In this document: one piece after another, positions 19,622 through 29,741 of the stretch
How positions within the stretch are numbered: position 1 is the first letter of the stretch
Layout of the letters: every line of letters begins with the position of its first letter
Assembly (NCBI GenBank): GCA_041697335.1
Contig: JBGUGD010000002.1
Coordinates: 64,001-128,000, forward strand
Direction of reading: 5' to 3'
Source of the DNA: Vampirovibrionaceae bacterium NZW_1234
Lineage (GTDB): Bacteria; Cyanobacteriota; Vampirovibrionia; Vampirovibrionales; JAGQHJ01
Length of the DNA: 64,000 nucleotides
Made by a program: the position numbers and the translations under genes
Notes under the pieces: model-generated
The model's database searches: none
Told to the model about the DNA's origin: nothing
The model's input: the letters and a program-made list of their open reading frames with translations, nothing else

Positions 19622-20874
19622 TGCCTGCCGGAAGATTTCCTTATGAGTATTTCAAAGATCCTCATATTCAAAAGCCAATTGAACAAATTTACCAGGATAT
19701 CAATGGGTATACTTGGGAAACTACTGACGACGATTCCGAGTTATGGCATGGCGAATCTTTCATCCAGGTTGTTTTGCCACCACTGCAAATGGATGGACTT
19801 TGTGTAAAAGGGATCTTTTATTCGAATGCTGTTGATGTCATTCTTCGGCGATACCCCTGGCTCTCTGATCTATTTCATACCATAGGTTCTTCGATGTTTA
19901 GCTCTTATAGTTGGTCTCGAAAAGCTGACGTATTATTTTCTGTTTATAATAATCCACATCGTGATAATTGGTTTCGCAACCAGGAGCCTGCTCGCCATCA
20001 TCAACTGTTATTCCCGTTACTTGATTCCGACTTTTTAAATGAATTAACCTTCTGTCCCTTGAATGTAGCTGAGAAGGATATAGATGTTTTATGCATTAGT
20101 CGATTGAATCCCGACAAAAATCTTGAGGTGGTTGCAAAAGCTATCCAGATTTTAAATAAGAAATACAATGCTTCTGTCCGCATGACGCTGATTACAGGTC
20201 AGAAAATGGATTTAAATCTACAATATATACGACCTAATGAGCGTGAGGAGTTTTATAAAATTGAGTCTGCCGTAGAACATTTTAGAGATTATATTGATGT
20301 GGTATTAGACCGTATATTTGATCCTACAGAACTTGCTCGATACTATTCCCGAGCGAAAGTTTGTGTTCTTGGCTCATTGCTGGAAGGTCGTAACCGATGC
20401 ATCCGAGAAGCTATATCTTGTAACACTCCTGTTGTGTGTTTCAAGCAGTTGAATCAGTATGCTCGTGGAGATCAACCGGAGCTTCCAGATGGAGCGGCAA
20501 TGTATGCTCCAGAATTTGATGCCGAGATTTTAGCAGACACCTTATATGAAGCGTTGAATCATCGAGATAGTTTTCATCCTAGGAAAGCCTTTTTGCGTCA
20601 CTTTGGCCGTAAGACTTTCTTAAACCAATGTTTAAATCTCATACCTCACTATCGAGAAGTCTTACCAGATTTTTCAGAATATGATAATTATTCAAACGAT
20701 TGGTTAAACATGGCTATCTACCAACAATATGAAAAGAGTTTCCATGATTTACTTTATGATAAACAAGTAGAACTGACCTATGCAAAAGGCATGAATAATA
20801 TAGAAGCTTTTGCAGAAAATTTTGGTTATAAGTTTGGTATTCTTAAAAAAGAAGTAAAACCTATATTACGTTAG
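19621..20874 (+). CDS. Glycosyltransferase (GT4/GT-B fold), paralogue 3
   Basis: TAATG stop/start coupling with paralogue 2; ISRLNPDKN; SLLEGRNRCIREAISCNTPV. Confidence 0.85.
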   Translation: MPAGRFPYEYFKDPHIQKPIEQIYQDINGYTWETTDDDSELWHGESFIQVVLPPLQMDGLCVKGIFYSNAVDVILRRYPWLSDLFHTIGSSMFSSYSWSRKADVLFSVYNNPHRDNWFRNQEPARHHQLLFPLLDSDFLNELTFCPLNVAEKDIDVLCISRLNPDKNLEVVAKAIQILNKKYNASVRMTLITGQKMDLNLQYIRPNEREEFYKIESAVEHFRDYIDVVLDRIFDPTELARYYSRAKVCVLGSLLEGRNRCIREAISCNTPVVCFKQLNQYARGDQPELPDGAAMYAPEFDAEILADTLYEALNHRDSFHPRKAFLRHFGRKTFLNQCLNLIPHYREVLPDFSEYDNYSNDWLNMAIYQQYEKSFHDLLYDKQVELTYAKGMNNIEAFAENFGYKFGILKKEVKPILR

Positions 20875-20903
20875 ATAGGTCTTACTTCGGTTCGTTTTTT
20901 TAA

Positions 20904-23579
20904 TTAACATCGTGGGGGTGGCGGAGTGTAACATGGTGGTGGTGGAGGGCACACAGGGACGCACTGTGTGGGTATCCAAGTTTGTGTGACCACATTGTTT
21001 GTGCCCACAATCGTGGATTGAATATAGGTTGTAATAAAGGAAACATTTTGAACGGTATGTGTGACCGTGCTTTGAATGTTGGATTGATATGCAATCTGAG
21101 TATTGTATGTAGAGTTGTATTGTGATGGGACGTATGTTGTATGGTTGTTTTGCGTCCAATAACCTGATTGGAGTGCAACTTGAGTATTATAGGTGACATT
21201 GTATTGCGTGGGGATAGTCGACGTGTAATTACTTTGTGTCCAATATCCAGATTGTACTGGAACTTGCGTATTATAGGTAATATTACTTTGTGTCGGTATG
21301 TAGACCGTGTGATTGGTCTGCTGCCAATACCCCGATGCATAGGCAATTTGAGTACTAACCGGGGTATAGACATATCCTGAATGATAGGCAGTATGATAAA
21401 CAGATACGTAATAGCCTGATGAATAATGATAAGTTGTTGGATACCATGTTGGTAAGACTGCTGAATAGTAAGCACTTATATAGTAACCTGATTCAACGTA
21501 ATACGACGTGGAATACGTTTCCGTTATTTGGACGTGACTGGTATACGAGACGTAGTGACTACCTGTAATGGTAGTGGTGTAGGGTGAAGGAATATGCGTT
21601 GATCCATAGACCGTGACATAGGATTCTGGCACCCAAGAGTTGTAATACCATGTGCTGAGCGTTGGTACATCGTATGAGGTCGTGAAGGGTGAAGGAATAT
21701 GCGTTGATCCATAGACCGTGACATAGGTTTCCGGTACCCAAGAGTTGTAATACCATGTGCTGAGCGTTGGCATGTCGACCCAAGTGGGGTGAGGGGACGG
21801 TATATGGGTTGACTCAGTAACCCAGACATAGGATTCTGGCACCCAAGAGTTGTAATACCATGTGCTTAGCGTTGGCATGTCAACCCATGACTCGTATGAG
21901 GATGGGACATATGTCGAATCATAAACCGTGGTATAGTACCCCGTGGCACTGTATTGATCGCTTCCGGGTACCCAGGAGTTGTAATACCAAGTGCTCAGTG
22001 TCGGCATGTCAACCCATGTCGGGTAAGACGACGGGACATAGGTGGAGTCATAATGTGACACATAATATCCCGGAATTTGAGAGTTATAGCTCCAAGTGCT
22101 GAGCGTTGGCAGATCAATCCATGATTCAACAGGCGATGGGACATAGGTGGAGTCATAATGTGACACATAGTATCCCGGAATTTGAGAATGGTAATACCAG
22201 GTGCTTAAGGTGGGGACATCATAGGTTGTCGTGACTGTCGATGGGACATAAGTGGACCCATGATGACTGACATAATATCCCGGAATTTGAGAATTGTAAT
22301 ACCTGGTACTTAAGGTGGGGACATCATAGGTTGTCGTGTAAGAGCCATAGACCCAATGACCTGAGTTGTAAGTACTTGTGTAATGGCTCGTATAAGTACC
22401 TGAATAAACATAACTGCTTCTATGCCATTGTTCTATATACCAATGACTTGTGTAATGGCTTGCATAGGTTGAATGGATTGTATAATTTTGAGGAACCCAG
22501 GAGTTGTGATAGCCTGCACTGGCGTACACTGTAGCATAACTGGAAATGTAGTTGCTTGTGTAATGCAGAATAGTGGGTACCCAATTGTTGACCACATAGT
22601 TGCTGGTCGTTACGCCGTTAATTTGACTTGTATAGGTGCTTTGGACGTTGTAGATGCTTGGTGTCCAAGCGCTGGTGGTGTAGTTGCTTGCCACAACAGA
22701 GTTGATGGCGCTAGTGTAAGTGCTTTGGACGTTATAGATACTTGGGCTCCAGTCATTGGTAACATAATTACTGGGGGTTACTGTTGCCACCGCAGTGGTA
22801 TAGGTGCTGTTTTGATACAGCGTTACAGGGACCCATTCGTTGGTTGTGTAATTGCTTTGCGTATAGATTGCTGACTGCACAGGTACTTGGCTGTTATAAG
22901 TGTAGGATGACTGTGTGACCACCTGTGACCAGTAGCCATCGGTGTAGCCGGTATTGCAATTGTTTTGATAATTGCCGTAATTCCAGTTCCAATAGCCATT
23001 ATTATTGTTGTTGCTTATGCCATTATTGCCGCCAATGACAATGTTATTTACGAAATTGCCGGCATTGCCAAAATTATTGCCAATGTTAATGCCACTGATG
23101 TTTGGAACCCAGGTATTGTTGCTTAAGTCGGTGTTGGTTGTTTGAAAGGAATTCTTCTTATCGAATAATTCGCTTAACAAGAACATGGCCAACATGTTGT
23201 TGTTATTGTTGACCGGACGCTGTTGTTGTCTGGGTGCGAAAAAGTTATTGGTACGGCGGGTTGTATTTAATCCAAAACGATTCGTGGTGTTCTGAGTTTG
23301 GGTATTGGTATTAAAGAAACTGAAAGGCGAGCGTAATTGGTAGTTCCCTGCTGCGGCATAGGCTGCAGCATTTGTATTGTTAGTGGCAGGTCTTCGGTTG
23401 AAGAAATTGCTGGTTCTGTTGGTGGTATTATTCATGCCCCCGGTAAAATACCGGAAGTCATTTGGAACTGCCTCTGGCTGGGCATATGGAGTCGGACTAC
23501 CAAATGGATTTGAGCCGAAATCGACTCCACCCATTTGGGGGTCCCATGGTCTATTAATGCCAAAACGTGAGGTTGACAT
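20904..23579 (-). CDS. Ser/Thr/Tyr/Trp/Asn-rich tandem-repeat protein (putative fibrous glycoprotein)
   Basis: ~890-aa ORF with 28-, 35- and 28-aa repeat blocks, N-terminal SRFG and C-terminal CVPVCPPPPPCYTPPPPRC. Confidence 0.85.
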   Translation of the reverse strand: MSTSRFGINRPWDPQMGGVDFGSNPFGSPTPYAQPEAVPNDFRYFTGGMNNTTNRTSNFFNRRPATNNTNAAAYAAAGNYQLRSPFSFFNTNTQTQNTTNRFGLNTTRRTNNFFAPRQQQRPVNNNNNMLAMFLLSELFDKKNSFQTTNTDLSNNTWVPNISGINIGNNFGNAGNFVNNIVIGGNNGISNNNNNGYWNWNYGNYQNNCNTGYTDGYWSQVVTQSSYTYNSQVPVQSAIYTQSNYTTNEWVPVTLYQNSTYTTAVATVTPSNYVTNDWSPSIYNVQSTYTSAINSVVASNYTTSAWTPSIYNVQSTYTSQINGVTTSNYVVNNWVPTILHYTSNYISSYATVYASAGYHNSWVPQNYTIHSTYASHYTSHWYIEQWHRSSYVYSGTYTSHYTSTYNSGHWVYGSYTTTYDVPTLSTRYYNSQIPGYYVSHHGSTYVPSTVTTTYDVPTLSTWYYHSQIPGYYVSHYDSTYVPSPVESWIDLPTLSTWSYNSQIPGYYVSHYDSTYVPSSYPTWVDMPTLSTWYYNSWVPGSDQYSATGYYTTVYDSTYVPSSYESWVDMPTLSTWYYNSWVPESYVWVTESTHIPSPHPTWVDMPTLSTWYYNSWVPETYVTVYGSTHIPSPFTTSYDVPTLSTWYYNSWVPESYVTVYGSTHIPSPYTTTITGSHYVSYTSHVQITETYSTSYYVESGYYISAYYSAVLPTWYPTTYHYSSGYYVSVYHTAYHSGYVYTPVSTQIAYASGYWQQTNHTVYIPTQSNITYNTQVPVQSGYWTQSNYTSTIPTQYNVTYNTQVALQSGYWTQNNHTTYVPSQYNSTYNTQIAYQSNIQSTVTHTVQNVSFITTYIQSTIVGTNNVVTQTWIPTQCVPVCPPPPPCYTPPPPRC
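21580..22340 (-). repeat. Seven ~105-nt coding repeats (DxPTLSTWYYNSxxP...)
   Basis: PTLST occurs 7 times at a 35-aa period; one unit has an 8-aa insertion. Boundaries are approximate. Confidence 0.9.
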
Positions 23580-23769
23580 TGACACACACACTCCATGTAC
23601 TACAAAAGAATAAAAACATGGATGTTGCAGTTATTTACTATTTATATCTAAAAAATATAATATATTTACAAAATTTTACAATTTGAGACCGACTTTGTCA
23701 GGAAGTCTTTCCAGAGCTTTCTCTTTTGAAATGAAATAATTCTTGATCAAACTATCTGAAAAAGGATTC

Positions 23770-23973
23770 TTACAGGGGCTTTAGGGGGACGAGTTGGGTG
23801 AAGGGGGTTTTATGGAAGGTGTTGCCGTAGGAGAAATAAAGCACGGAGCCTAGGGTGAAGAACACGCAGAGGATAGTGATGGCTTCCAATGCCAATACGC
23901 CCAACTGGCTGAGCTGCTCTGTGGGTGAGAGCACTTTGGGTAGGGTATTGGATGGGCTTGGTGTGGGCCACAT
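23770..23973 (-). CDS. Possible small membrane protein
   Basis: GGAGG upstream and one hydrophobic segment (LALEAITILCVFFTLGSVLYF). Confidence 0.4.
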   Translation of the reverse strand: MWPTPSPSNTLPKVLSPTEQLSQLGVLALEAITILCVFFTLGSVLYFSYGNTFHKTPFTQLVPLKPL

Positions 23974-24180
23974 GGGAGGGTCTGCCTCCAGGTTGGTGTG
24001 TGTCCCACTTTAGCGGATGTTGTATGACGGGACATCGGACACTTGAGGAGGGAAAACAAAGCCAGAGTTCGAGAATTAGCCTGTTGTGGGGGGAAGACAA
24101 TAAGGAACTAAGCTACACTATTGAGTGAACAGCATGTTGCTTAAGTGGGCAAAGCACTGGGTAGGGAGGGGGATGTACGG

Positions 24181-24636
24181 ATGATTAGCTATAGTAAGTG
24201 CATTGATGTGAATGTGTCTTGTGAGGATTGTTTTCGCTTGTGGTCGGATGTGGAAGATTATCCTCGCTTTATCCCGTTTTTTGAGAGTGTCCAGAAGGTT
24301 GCAGCTCGGCCAAATCGGTATCATTGCCGCTGGCGGTTAGAATCGGGACGTCGCACGACATGTGATATTGAGGTGGATGAAATGGTGTCTTTCGATCGGG
24401 TTGTGTTTCATACCGTGGGGTGTGATTTCCCGGATCATTGCTTCAAGGTCTCTTTTCGGCCGTTAGGGCAGGAGCGGACTCAGGTTGAATTGGTCATGAC
24501 GTCCAATGAGCTGATGGATGAACTGTTCGATAACCCGGACTGGGTTTTGGATGATGTATTGCTGCGATTTCATAATCTGGCGGAGCGGCGTATTCCATAC
24601 CCGCATCTTTCAGAAGAACAACATTCGCGCAGCTAA
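24181..24636 (+). CDS. SRPBCC/polyketide cyclase-dehydrase family protein
   Basis: IDVNVS...FRLWSDVEDYPRFIPFFESV...VSFRPLG..RTQVEL pattern. Confidence 0.8.
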   Translation: MISYSKCIDVNVSCEDCFRLWSDVEDYPRFIPFFESVQKVAARPNRYHCRWRLESGRRTTCDIEVDEMVSFDRVVFHTVGCDFPDHCFKVSFRPLGQERTQVELVMTSNELMDELFDNPDWVLDDVLLRFHNLAERRIPYPHLSEEQHSRS

Positions 24637-24649
24637 CCTGGGACCAAGT

Positions 24650-24685
24650 AACACGGCCAACCCCGACTGGGAGGTTGGCCGTGTT
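24650..24685. terminator. Hairpin between convergent genes
   Basis: 13-bp stem AACACGGCCAACC / GGTTGGCCGTGTT. Confidence 0.6.
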
Positions 24686-24708
24686 CAGGATCAAATTATT
24701 GGGATAAT

Positions 24709-26964
24709 TTAGAGTTTAAAGTTACTGACCAGGTGCTCCAGATCGGCTGCCAGCTTGGCCAGCTCCTGAGAGGTTTGCTGAACTTCGACGGCACATTGTG
24801 TGGTTAAACTCGAGGTCGACTGAAGCTGATCGATTTGGTTTGCCATACCCGAGGTGTTCGAGGCCGATTTGGAGGCGCTGCTTGCGACCTCGTTGGTACC
24901 CTGGCTCAGCTGGTTGAGATTCTCCGTGATCTGCTTGATGCCCACAATGGATTCTTTGATTTTGAGAGCGACTTCACTCATCTTCTGAGCGCTATCCTGG
25001 ACATTGGTGGTCAGGTTGTTTGCCGTGTGGGCGGTCTTTGTGACACTGCGGCTGATTTCGGTCATGGTTGCCGTTTGCTCTTCAACGGCACTGGCAATGG
25101 TGCCGTTGATGTGGCTGATTTCACCGATGACGGCCGTAATGCCGTGAATGGCTTCAATGGCAGAACTGGTATTCATCTGGACTGCCTGAATTTGGTTGCG
25201 AATGTCTTCGGTGGCTTCTGCGGATTGCTTGGCCAGTTCCTTGACTTCGTTGGCCACGACAGCGAAGCCTTTGCCCGCTTCACCGGCACTGGCGGCTTCA
25301 ATGGTGGCGTTCAGCGCCAGCAGATTCGTTTGGGAGGCGATGCTCTTAATGACGTCCACGACATTCTCAATCTGCTTCGCCGCTTGGCTTAAGGAGTCCA
25401 CGGTTTGCAGCGAGATTTGAGCTTTTTGCTGTGCATCGATGGACACCTGTGAAGCTTGGCTCGCATTTCGGGCGACTTCATTCAGTGAGGCGTTCATCTC
25501 TTCAATGGCCGCCGCCACGGTATTTACCGAGGCGTTCATATCCTCGGAAGCAGCGGCAACAAAGTTCATGTTCTCGGAAAGCTGGTCCACGACCTTTTCA
25601 ACCACGGTATTGTTCTGGTAGATTTTGTCGCTGGTGTGGAACACTTCTTTCAGGTTGGATGAGGACTCCTCAATGGCCGCTGCCACGGTTTTCATATCAA
25701 AATCGATTTCACCCGTGAGGCTTGAAGCAACGGCGGAGGCTTGGTTCAGACTGTCGGCACTGATTTTCATCTGCTCCGACGTGAGCGAGAGTTCTTCTGA
25801 AGCGGAGGCAATGGTGTTGACATCATCCCGAATGCCGCCGATGAGCTTTGCAAAATCCTTGGCCATCCGGTTGATAGAGACACCGAGCATATTGAGCTCG
25901 TCTTTGGTGGCCAGTTCCATGCGGGCGGTCAGATCACCGCTGGCCAGTTGCTTTGAGGTCTCGGCCAGGGATTGAACGGCATCCTTCACGGAGAGATAGA
26001 AGCCCATTAATAAATAGCTGATGATCAACAGCATCATGACGGTGACCACTGCCGCAATAATGAGCGGTACGGGTTTTTTGTTGACCCGAACCTCAATGAG
26101 GTTTTCCAATGCCTTGGATTGTTCGATGAAAACCGTGTTGGTCTTTGCCAGGGCATCCCCGGTCATGGTGTTAATCTGGTTGCGTTCTGCCGCGGTGACC
26201 TGTTGATTGGTGATGACGGTTTCGAACACTTTGGCATACGCGTCCATGGCGTTGAAGAAGGGATCGGTGTGCTTGCTGAGGGTTGCTTTTAATGCATCCG
26301 GCGAGGCGGTCTCACGGTAACTGACATCAAGGTTGCTTTTGACGGTTCCCGCTTTATCGGAAAGGGCATTCTTGAGGCCGGCCAGCTTGAGTGTCTGCTC
26401 CAGTGTCAGCGGTGTTCCCAGAGGCAGGGAATTGGTATATTCCTGAAGATCGAGAATGTTTTTCTCAATTTGGGCGAGTCGCAATACCACGCTGTCCATT
26501 AAATAATAGGTATCCAGATCGGGATCCAGGATCAGGTTGGATTTGTCACCGACATAGGTTAAGAGGCCAATAGCTGCATCGGCCGTAGATAGGCGCTGCT
26601 CCATGGATTCTGGCTTTTTGGCCAGCGCTGTTTTGGTATTCGGCCACTGTTCCTGCAGGGACAAAGTGCTATTGTACTTGTTGCTCAGCGCCTCAAGGGA
26701 TTCCATGTTTTTTGAGACGGCATCATCGTTTTGGCTGAGCAGGTTATACAGCACGTTGTTGAGGGCCATGTTGTATTCGATCCCGATTTCTTCTTTCTGG
26801 GAGAATTCAATGTCCTTGAGCACGGTGGTGACAAATTGGTACATGGGGAACGTTAAGACCACGATGAACATGATGGAAATGAGGGTGAACTTCTTGGGGT
26901 AGGTTAGTTTGTTCATCAGGTTGACAGAAAGATTGAACCAGGAATGATTGGATTGGGTTTGCAT
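24709..26964 (-). CDS. Methyl-accepting chemotaxis protein
   Basis: Two TM segments, periplasmic [18 protein letters not shown] domain, and [34 protein letters not shown] signalling tip. Confidence 0.97.
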   Translation of the reverse strand: MQTQSNHSWFNLSVNLMNKLTYPKKFTLISIMFIVVLTFPMYQFVTTVLKDIEFSQKEEIGIEYNMALNNVLYNLLSQNDDAVSKNMESLEALSNKYNSTLSLQEQWPNTKTALAKKPESMEQRLSTADAAIGLLTYVGDKSNLILDPDLDTYYLMDSVVLRLAQIEKNILDLQEYTNSLPLGTPLTLEQTLKLAGLKNALSDKAGTVKSNLDVSYRETASPDALKATLSKHTDPFFNAMDAYAKVFETVITNQQVTAAERNQINTMTGDALAKTNTVFIEQSKALENLIEVRVNKKPVPLIIAAVVTVMMLLIISYLLMGFYLSVKDAVQSLAETSKQLASGDLTARMELATKDELNMLGVSINRMAKDFAKLIGGIRDDVNTIASASEELSLTSEQMKISADSLNQASAVASSLTGEIDFDMKTVAAAIEESSSNLKEVFHTSDKIYQNNTVVEKVVDQLSENMNFVAAASEDMNASVNTVAAAIEEMNASLNEVARNASQASQVSIDAQQKAQISLQTVDSLSQAAKQIENVVDVIKSIASQTNLLALNATIEAASAGEAGKGFAVVANEVKELAKQSAEATEDIRNQIQAVQMNTSSAIEAIHGITAVIGEISHINGTIASAVEEQTATMTEISRSVTKTAHTANNLTTNVQDSAQKMSEVALKIKESIVGIKQITENLNQLSQGTNEVASSASKSASNTSGMANQIDQLQSTSSLTTQCAVEVQQTSQELAKLAADLEHLVSNFKL

Positions 26965-27034
26965 GTGATGGACTCCCGTGCTGAAAGGACGTGAAATACT
27001 GAAATGGATTACCGTGCAATAAGCTTAGGATGGC

Positions 27035-28783
27035 TTAGAACAAGGCCGTGTCGATGCCAAAGTGCAACCGAGCACCTTGGCGAAAGGGCAACTGGCGAAG
27101 CAGTGGAAAGCCCACATCGAGGCGGCCGGAGATACGGTTGGTGATTTGCGAGCGGATCCCGAATCCGGTGGACAGGATGTGATCATTGCCATCAATGCCT
27201 GCCGGTGTATGGGTTGCATCTCCGTAAGCATAATCCACAAAGGTCAAGACAGAGGTGGTGTCTCTCATATCATGATCCGAGAACGGCAAGCGCCAGCCTT
27301 TGGGGATGAACTTGGCAGGGATTTGATATTGTCCGGTCAAAACGGCATAGGTATCGGCAAAGATGAAGACTTCCCGATAGCCTCGGCCGTAGAAGGTACC
27401 GCCGATACCGCCGACGTCAAAGTTGGATAACCCGTCCGGGCTGTATTGCCATTGGGTGTTCAAGGTAAAGCTGGCATCCAGAGGAAGCTGGCGGACCGCC
27501 GTGGCATACCCGGTATAGCGGAAGAACTGGCTACCGCCACGATACCAGGATAGTCTGGGATCGGTAGACAAGGAGCCGCTGAAAATCGGGACGGCTTGTG
27601 CCAGCTCGTGACGCATGGACAGGGTGGTTTTTTCCCATTTCTGGTCATAGTTAATGCCGCCCCGAAAGGTTCTGACGGCTTCACGTTCGATGGGGTCATC
27701 GTTGGAGCGGGTATTGGATTGCTTGAAGTCGAAGTTGATATCGGCACTTAAACGTCGGTCGGGTTTGTCGAGAACCACATAGCGTAAGCCGGGGGAAATC
27801 CGGTAGGCCATCCCGTCTGAGCCGAAACCGGTATAGGGAACATTATAAGGCTCAATATCTGCAAATTGGGCATCGACATAGGCTCTGAGCTGAGGCTTGA
27901 TGGGGATCTCGTAGCGGCTAAACACGCCCGTCGAGCGAAAGCCTCTGACGGCTGAGAGCATCAGTGAATCGCCGTGGCCGGTGATGTTATTGTGAACGGC
28001 CGTTAGTGCGCCGAAATAGCGCCCGAAGATGATCTGGTCCAAGTTGTTGCCGGAAGCCACAATGTGTAAGGGCTGCTTGTGCTCACTGGATGTGATTTTG
28101 ATCTTTGCCTTGTGGGTGAAGGGAATAACTTCCAGAGTCGAGGAAAAGGACAGATCCGGGTTGGCCTGGATGAGTCGCAATTGCTTTTCCACGAAGGGCA
28201 TGTCGATGGCGTCTCCTGTTTTTACGCCTCTTAAAAGGTGTGTCAGGAGTTTTTCCTGCCATTTGTCTTCTGCTTGAACCTCAACGGAATCCAACGCTAA
28301 CGGGGTGACTGCAATGTGAAGGACGTTTCCTTTCAGGGTCACAACCGCGTCGGACAAGTAGCCGGATTGTTGGGACTTTGTCAGGTAGCTTTGGGTGAGT
28401 TCTTTCACACTTTCGGTGGTCAAACTCTTCTGGCCTTCTACAACTTCCTTATCGCGTTTCATAATCGAGTTGTATTCAACTTCGACTTGGTCAACGCTAA
28501 TGCTGTTTGAGGTTTGTTCCGGGACATCAATGGAGGGTGGAGCCAATTTGGCTTCAAGTTCTTTATCGATGTAAATGGGATGAGGAATGCTTGAAAACGT
28601 GGGTGCATCCAACTTGATTTGAGGGCCATAGGTGCCGTAAATCAAGTTTGGTGTTGTCGACATGATGGGTAGTTCACTGGCAGTAAAGGGTTTGACCGCA
28701 TTTGGATCTGCATGAACCGTAGAACTCATCAACGTTATGGTTGCAGACAACCCCAATACACCCAACTTGGATTTCAAGCGCAT
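27035..28783 (-). CDS. ShlB/FhaC/HecB-family (TpsB) outer-membrane transporter
   Basis: Signal peptide, POTRA-like region, beta-barrel with GGTFYGRGY (VRGY-equivalent), C-terminal RLHFG...F. Confidence 0.8.
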   Translation of the reverse strand: MRLKSKLGVLGLSATITLMSSTVHADPNAVKPFTASELPIMSTTPNLIYGTYGPQIKLDAPTFSSIPHPIYIDKELEAKLAPPSIDVPEQTSNSISVDQVEVEYNSIMKRDKEVVEGQKSLTTESVKELTQSYLTKSQQSGYLSDAVVTLKGNVLHIAVTPLALDSVEVQAEDKWQEKLLTHLLRGVKTGDAIDMPFVEKQLRLIQANPDLSFSSTLEVIPFTHKAKIKITSSEHKQPLHIVASGNNLDQIIFGRYFGALTAVHNNITGHGDSLMLSAVRGFRSTGVFSRYEIPIKPQLRAYVDAQFADIEPYNVPYTGFGSDGMAYRISPGLRYVVLDKPDRRLSADINFDFKQSNTRSNDDPIEREAVRTFRGGINYDQKWEKTTLSMRHELAQAVPIFSGSLSTDPRLSWYRGGSQFFRYTGYATAVRQLPLDASFTLNTQWQYSPDGLSNFDVGGIGGTFYGRGYREVFIFADTYAVLTGQYQIPAKFIPKGWRLPFSDHDMRDTTSVLTFVDYAYGDATHTPAGIDGNDHILSTGFGIRSQITNRISGRLDVGFPLLRQLPFRQGARLHFGIDTALF

Positions 28784-29072
28784 ATTAGACCTTTCTTTTC
28801 TTTAGAGTCTCTCTCTCTTTACTTTCACGTCCAATGAGAGAGAAGTGTGTGTTTCCTTAAACCGAAAATGAAGTGGGGTATGAATACCGTTTCTATTTCT
28901 TAAATAAGCATATTATTTTTTTTTCGTTACGGGTGATATTGATCGATGGGTTGCTTTGTCGAGCGATGGGTTAGCCAAAGGGTTAGTCTTTGGGATTAAT
29001 CCTTTGGCTTTGGCGTCGGTCAGTTTGGTTGTGGGGGGTGGAAAGCGGGGTTTTTACGGGAGGGCGGCGCAC

Positions 29073-29103
29073 AAAAAAACGACGTCAGGGACGTCGTTTT
29101 TTT
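29073..29103. terminator. Bidirectional intrinsic terminator
   Basis: AAAAAAACGACGTC-agg-GACGTCGTTTTTTT. Confidence 0.85.
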
Positions 29104-29137
29104 GAAGTATTTTTTTGGGTGAATTCACCCGAAAAGC

Positions 29138-29395
29138 TTAGTGCATGCAATGGGCGGAAGAATTCCGGGTGGCAAAGCATTGGCGTGGGGTGGCCAGTTT
29201 TTTCTCGGTAGAGGGTTTTTCTTTGGTCTCTACAAACAAGAAGGCTGACCCTTCCGGTGTGACAACCGGGGCGTCGTTAATGTAGGAATATTCCTTGTCG
29301 GAAATCTTCTCGGATTTGTCTTCTCCAGCAAAACTCAGGCCGTTGATGCCAGCAGCTAAGAGGACAATAGCGATTGCAGTAGTCAATAATTTCAT
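29138..29395 (-). CDS. Small secreted protein with C-terminal Cys/His motif
   Basis: AGGAG RBS, signal peptide, ends QCFATRNSSAHCMH, followed by a terminator. Confidence 0.7.
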   Translation of the reverse strand: MKLLTTAIAIVLLAAGINGLSFAGEDKSEKISDKEYSYINDAPVVTPEGSAFLFVETKEKPSTEKKLATPRQCFATRNSSAHCMH

Positions 29396-29741
29396 TTCAT
29401 CTCTCCTGACTTTTTCTCTTCATACTAAGGCATCTCGCAGAAGCGCCCAAGTGGTTCTATTTATACATTAATTATATAAAAACATTGTCTTTTTGAAAAG
29501 TGCTCTTTTGAGTGATTTTGTTAAAGAATGTATCTGGAGGCGTTTTGGTTTCAAAAGCGGGCTTGTTCGGCATTTAGCAAGGGTAGATGGGGATTGTGTG
29601 GGCCTCAGAATTTAGGTTCAGTGTGTGTTTCTGGGGAATGATGGGTGGGTTTTGCCAAGCAGAGGGGCGGTGGGCCTGGTGATACCGTTTTAAAACGATC
29701 GAGCGTGGCTATCAGTCTAACAAAGTGCTGAGGCTTCGACA

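Noticed and set aside
21580..22340. 105-nt repeats as a CRISPR array or DGR template/variable repeats
   Set aside because: The repeats are in-frame and coding, with no cas or reverse transcriptase gene, and the differences are not adenine-specific.
29535..29542. TGGAGGCG as an att duplicate of the tRNA-Ala 3' end
   Set aside because: Only 8 nt, expected by chance, and no integrase in the window.
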